From Tubulanus polymorphus (taxonomy: Eukaryota > Animalia > Nemertea): 64,000 bases of DNA. Positions 62,407 to 64,000 of the stretch are shown piece after piece. How positions within the stretch are numbered: the first letter of the stretch is position 1; each line of letters starts with the position of its first letter. The DNA is taken from positions 10,572,451 to 10,636,450 of the forward strand of contig NC_134035.1 in assembly GCF_964204645.1 (NCBI RefSeq). The letters are read 5' to 3'. Position numbers and translations under genes: made by a program. The notes under the pieces were generated by a model, which saw nothing but the letters and a program-made list of their open reading frames with translations, did not search any database and had not been told where the DNA came from.

Positions 62407-63272
62407 ATCTTGTCTATAAATCCCAACAAAACGTAGTTAAGTATAGACTCAACTTCGACAACGGAATTTTAAATCAGATTTTTATTTTAAAAACTTTTAG
62501 TTTCTTACCTGTTGATCGGAAAAGCCGTCAATGCCTCCAAGGGTCATTGTTTTCGCAGTGAAATACTGTCTATTCTAACCATGCGTATGGAATTCCTAAA
62601 AGAAATTGGACCGACCGTTAAAACATGCGCGACAACACGTTATATACGAATGTGTTTCAATCTTATCTTACGCGGCGGCGCACTTTTAAACGGTGTTTAC
62701 ACGTGGTATGCCACAACCATAAATAACAACAATATCTTTGATAACCTAAGAGTTTGTTAGAAACGTTTCAGAACGATGTCGCCGAATTCCGATATAAAAT
62801 ATGATTACATCACAACGCCTTTTTAAAGATGCGAGCGCTTTTTTGGACCGATGCCAAGGTGAACCGCGACCGACACACGACTATTTGATAGATACATCGT
62901 ACGCCCCCACCATCCCTGATCAGATTTCCCAGAACGTAACATTTTGAGGGAAACCCGAGAAAACGAGGGTCGTGGAAATTCTTATCGAGGTTCTTAGACT
63001 GACCCTCTCCCACTCCTGTCTACTCCGAACAACTAAAATCGATAATCCTAGGATTAGAAAATCGATACCTTGTTTCTCCTTTCGGCTGACCTTAAAAGTT
63101 GACCCGACCGGTCGCCTATCTACCCTGTACATTACTTTTTTTCAAGATTCGATCAAACTAACAATAACAGACCCGGCAGCTATAGAAACTAGCTGATTAC
63201 AAATTCGATTGCGGTTTACAAAATAACCCGGCCGATAATAATAGGAGAAAGAAGGTATAATTTTTCTTTAGC

Positions 63273-63322
63273 CCGATACATATTTTTACCTATTAAACCG
63301 ATACATATTTTTACCTATTAAA
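63273..63322. repeat. 25-bp tandem duplication
   Basis: CCGATACATATTTTTACCTATTAAA twice in tandem. Confidence 0.85.
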
Positions 63323-64000
63323 AAATTTGGTAACGGCTAAAATCATTCAAGGTCATCATATTTACTCAAGAACCGACAAACTGAACTCACCAAATTCCAA
63401 GATTCAAACTTGTAACTCGTTAATAATGAATGAAAATTTGTCACTCGGCATGAAAAGCATCGAATCCTTTTAGTGAATTTATATGTTTAATTTCCCGTTC
63501 GAAATTTGTTTAAATACTATTTGTCCGACGCGAGGACGTCATAACGCGGTGACCTTCCTGCAACATTCACGTCGCGATACGGGCTGATTGTATATTCAAG
63601 AGTTCGGATTCAATAGTTATCCGTGTTTCCAGGTTGTCAATAAACGCATTCACTGGAATTGAATGTCGTCAATGTTGATAAAATCTTATAATTTCCTGTT
63701 GTGGTTTTATAATTGCATTGAATTGTCGTGTCCAGTAGCCGATGCTAATGACGGTATAACAGACACGTATTACATTAGGCTGTGCCCTTGAATGAAATAC
63801 TTTTAAACACACCGCGAAAGCTATATACCGTACCGCCATCTGGAGGTTTAGTTTTTTATATCGTAGTCATTTCTAGGAAAGCTGAACAGTAGTAGGTGCC
63901 ACGACATGGTAGCGCGATATGCTGTGCTCATTGAATCAAATTACATAACATTTACGGCGTCGATTGTAATAGTACTGTGAAAACTGGAGCAAGTAGGTAT

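Overview
AT-rich, intron-containing genomic DNA from a protostome invertebrate, probably a lophotrochozoan (inferred from the elevenin gene and the FMRFamide-receptor-like GPCR). Most ORFs in the supplied track are spurious. Five protein-coding genes can be assembled by hand from GT-AG exons with consistent phases. (1) The 5' end of an SLC17 anion/vesicular glutamate transporter (- strand, runs off the left edge). (2) A complete 4-coding-exon elevenin/L11 neuropeptide precursor (- strand, 9917-16739), which the ORF track misses. (3) A class-A GPCR with an intronless CDS (- strand, 46865-47812). (4) A complete 8-exon, PANK4-like but stand-alone and active-site-divergent pantothenate-kinase-fold gene (+ strand, 48850-52885), head-to-head with the GPCR. 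(5) An SPDEF/Ets98B-type PNT+ETS transcription factor (- strand, 57927-61036, 5' end unresolved). About 30 kb (16.8-46.8 kb) has no recognisable coding exon. The non-coding DNA holds PIF/Harbinger-like MITEs (one amplified into a 44-bp tandem array, others fused end-to-end), a fold-back element whose inverted repeats carry a tRNA-like B-box, Penelope-type minimal hammerhead motifs (one inside a fold-back insertion with a 13-bp target-site duplication), LINE 3' tails and microsatellites.
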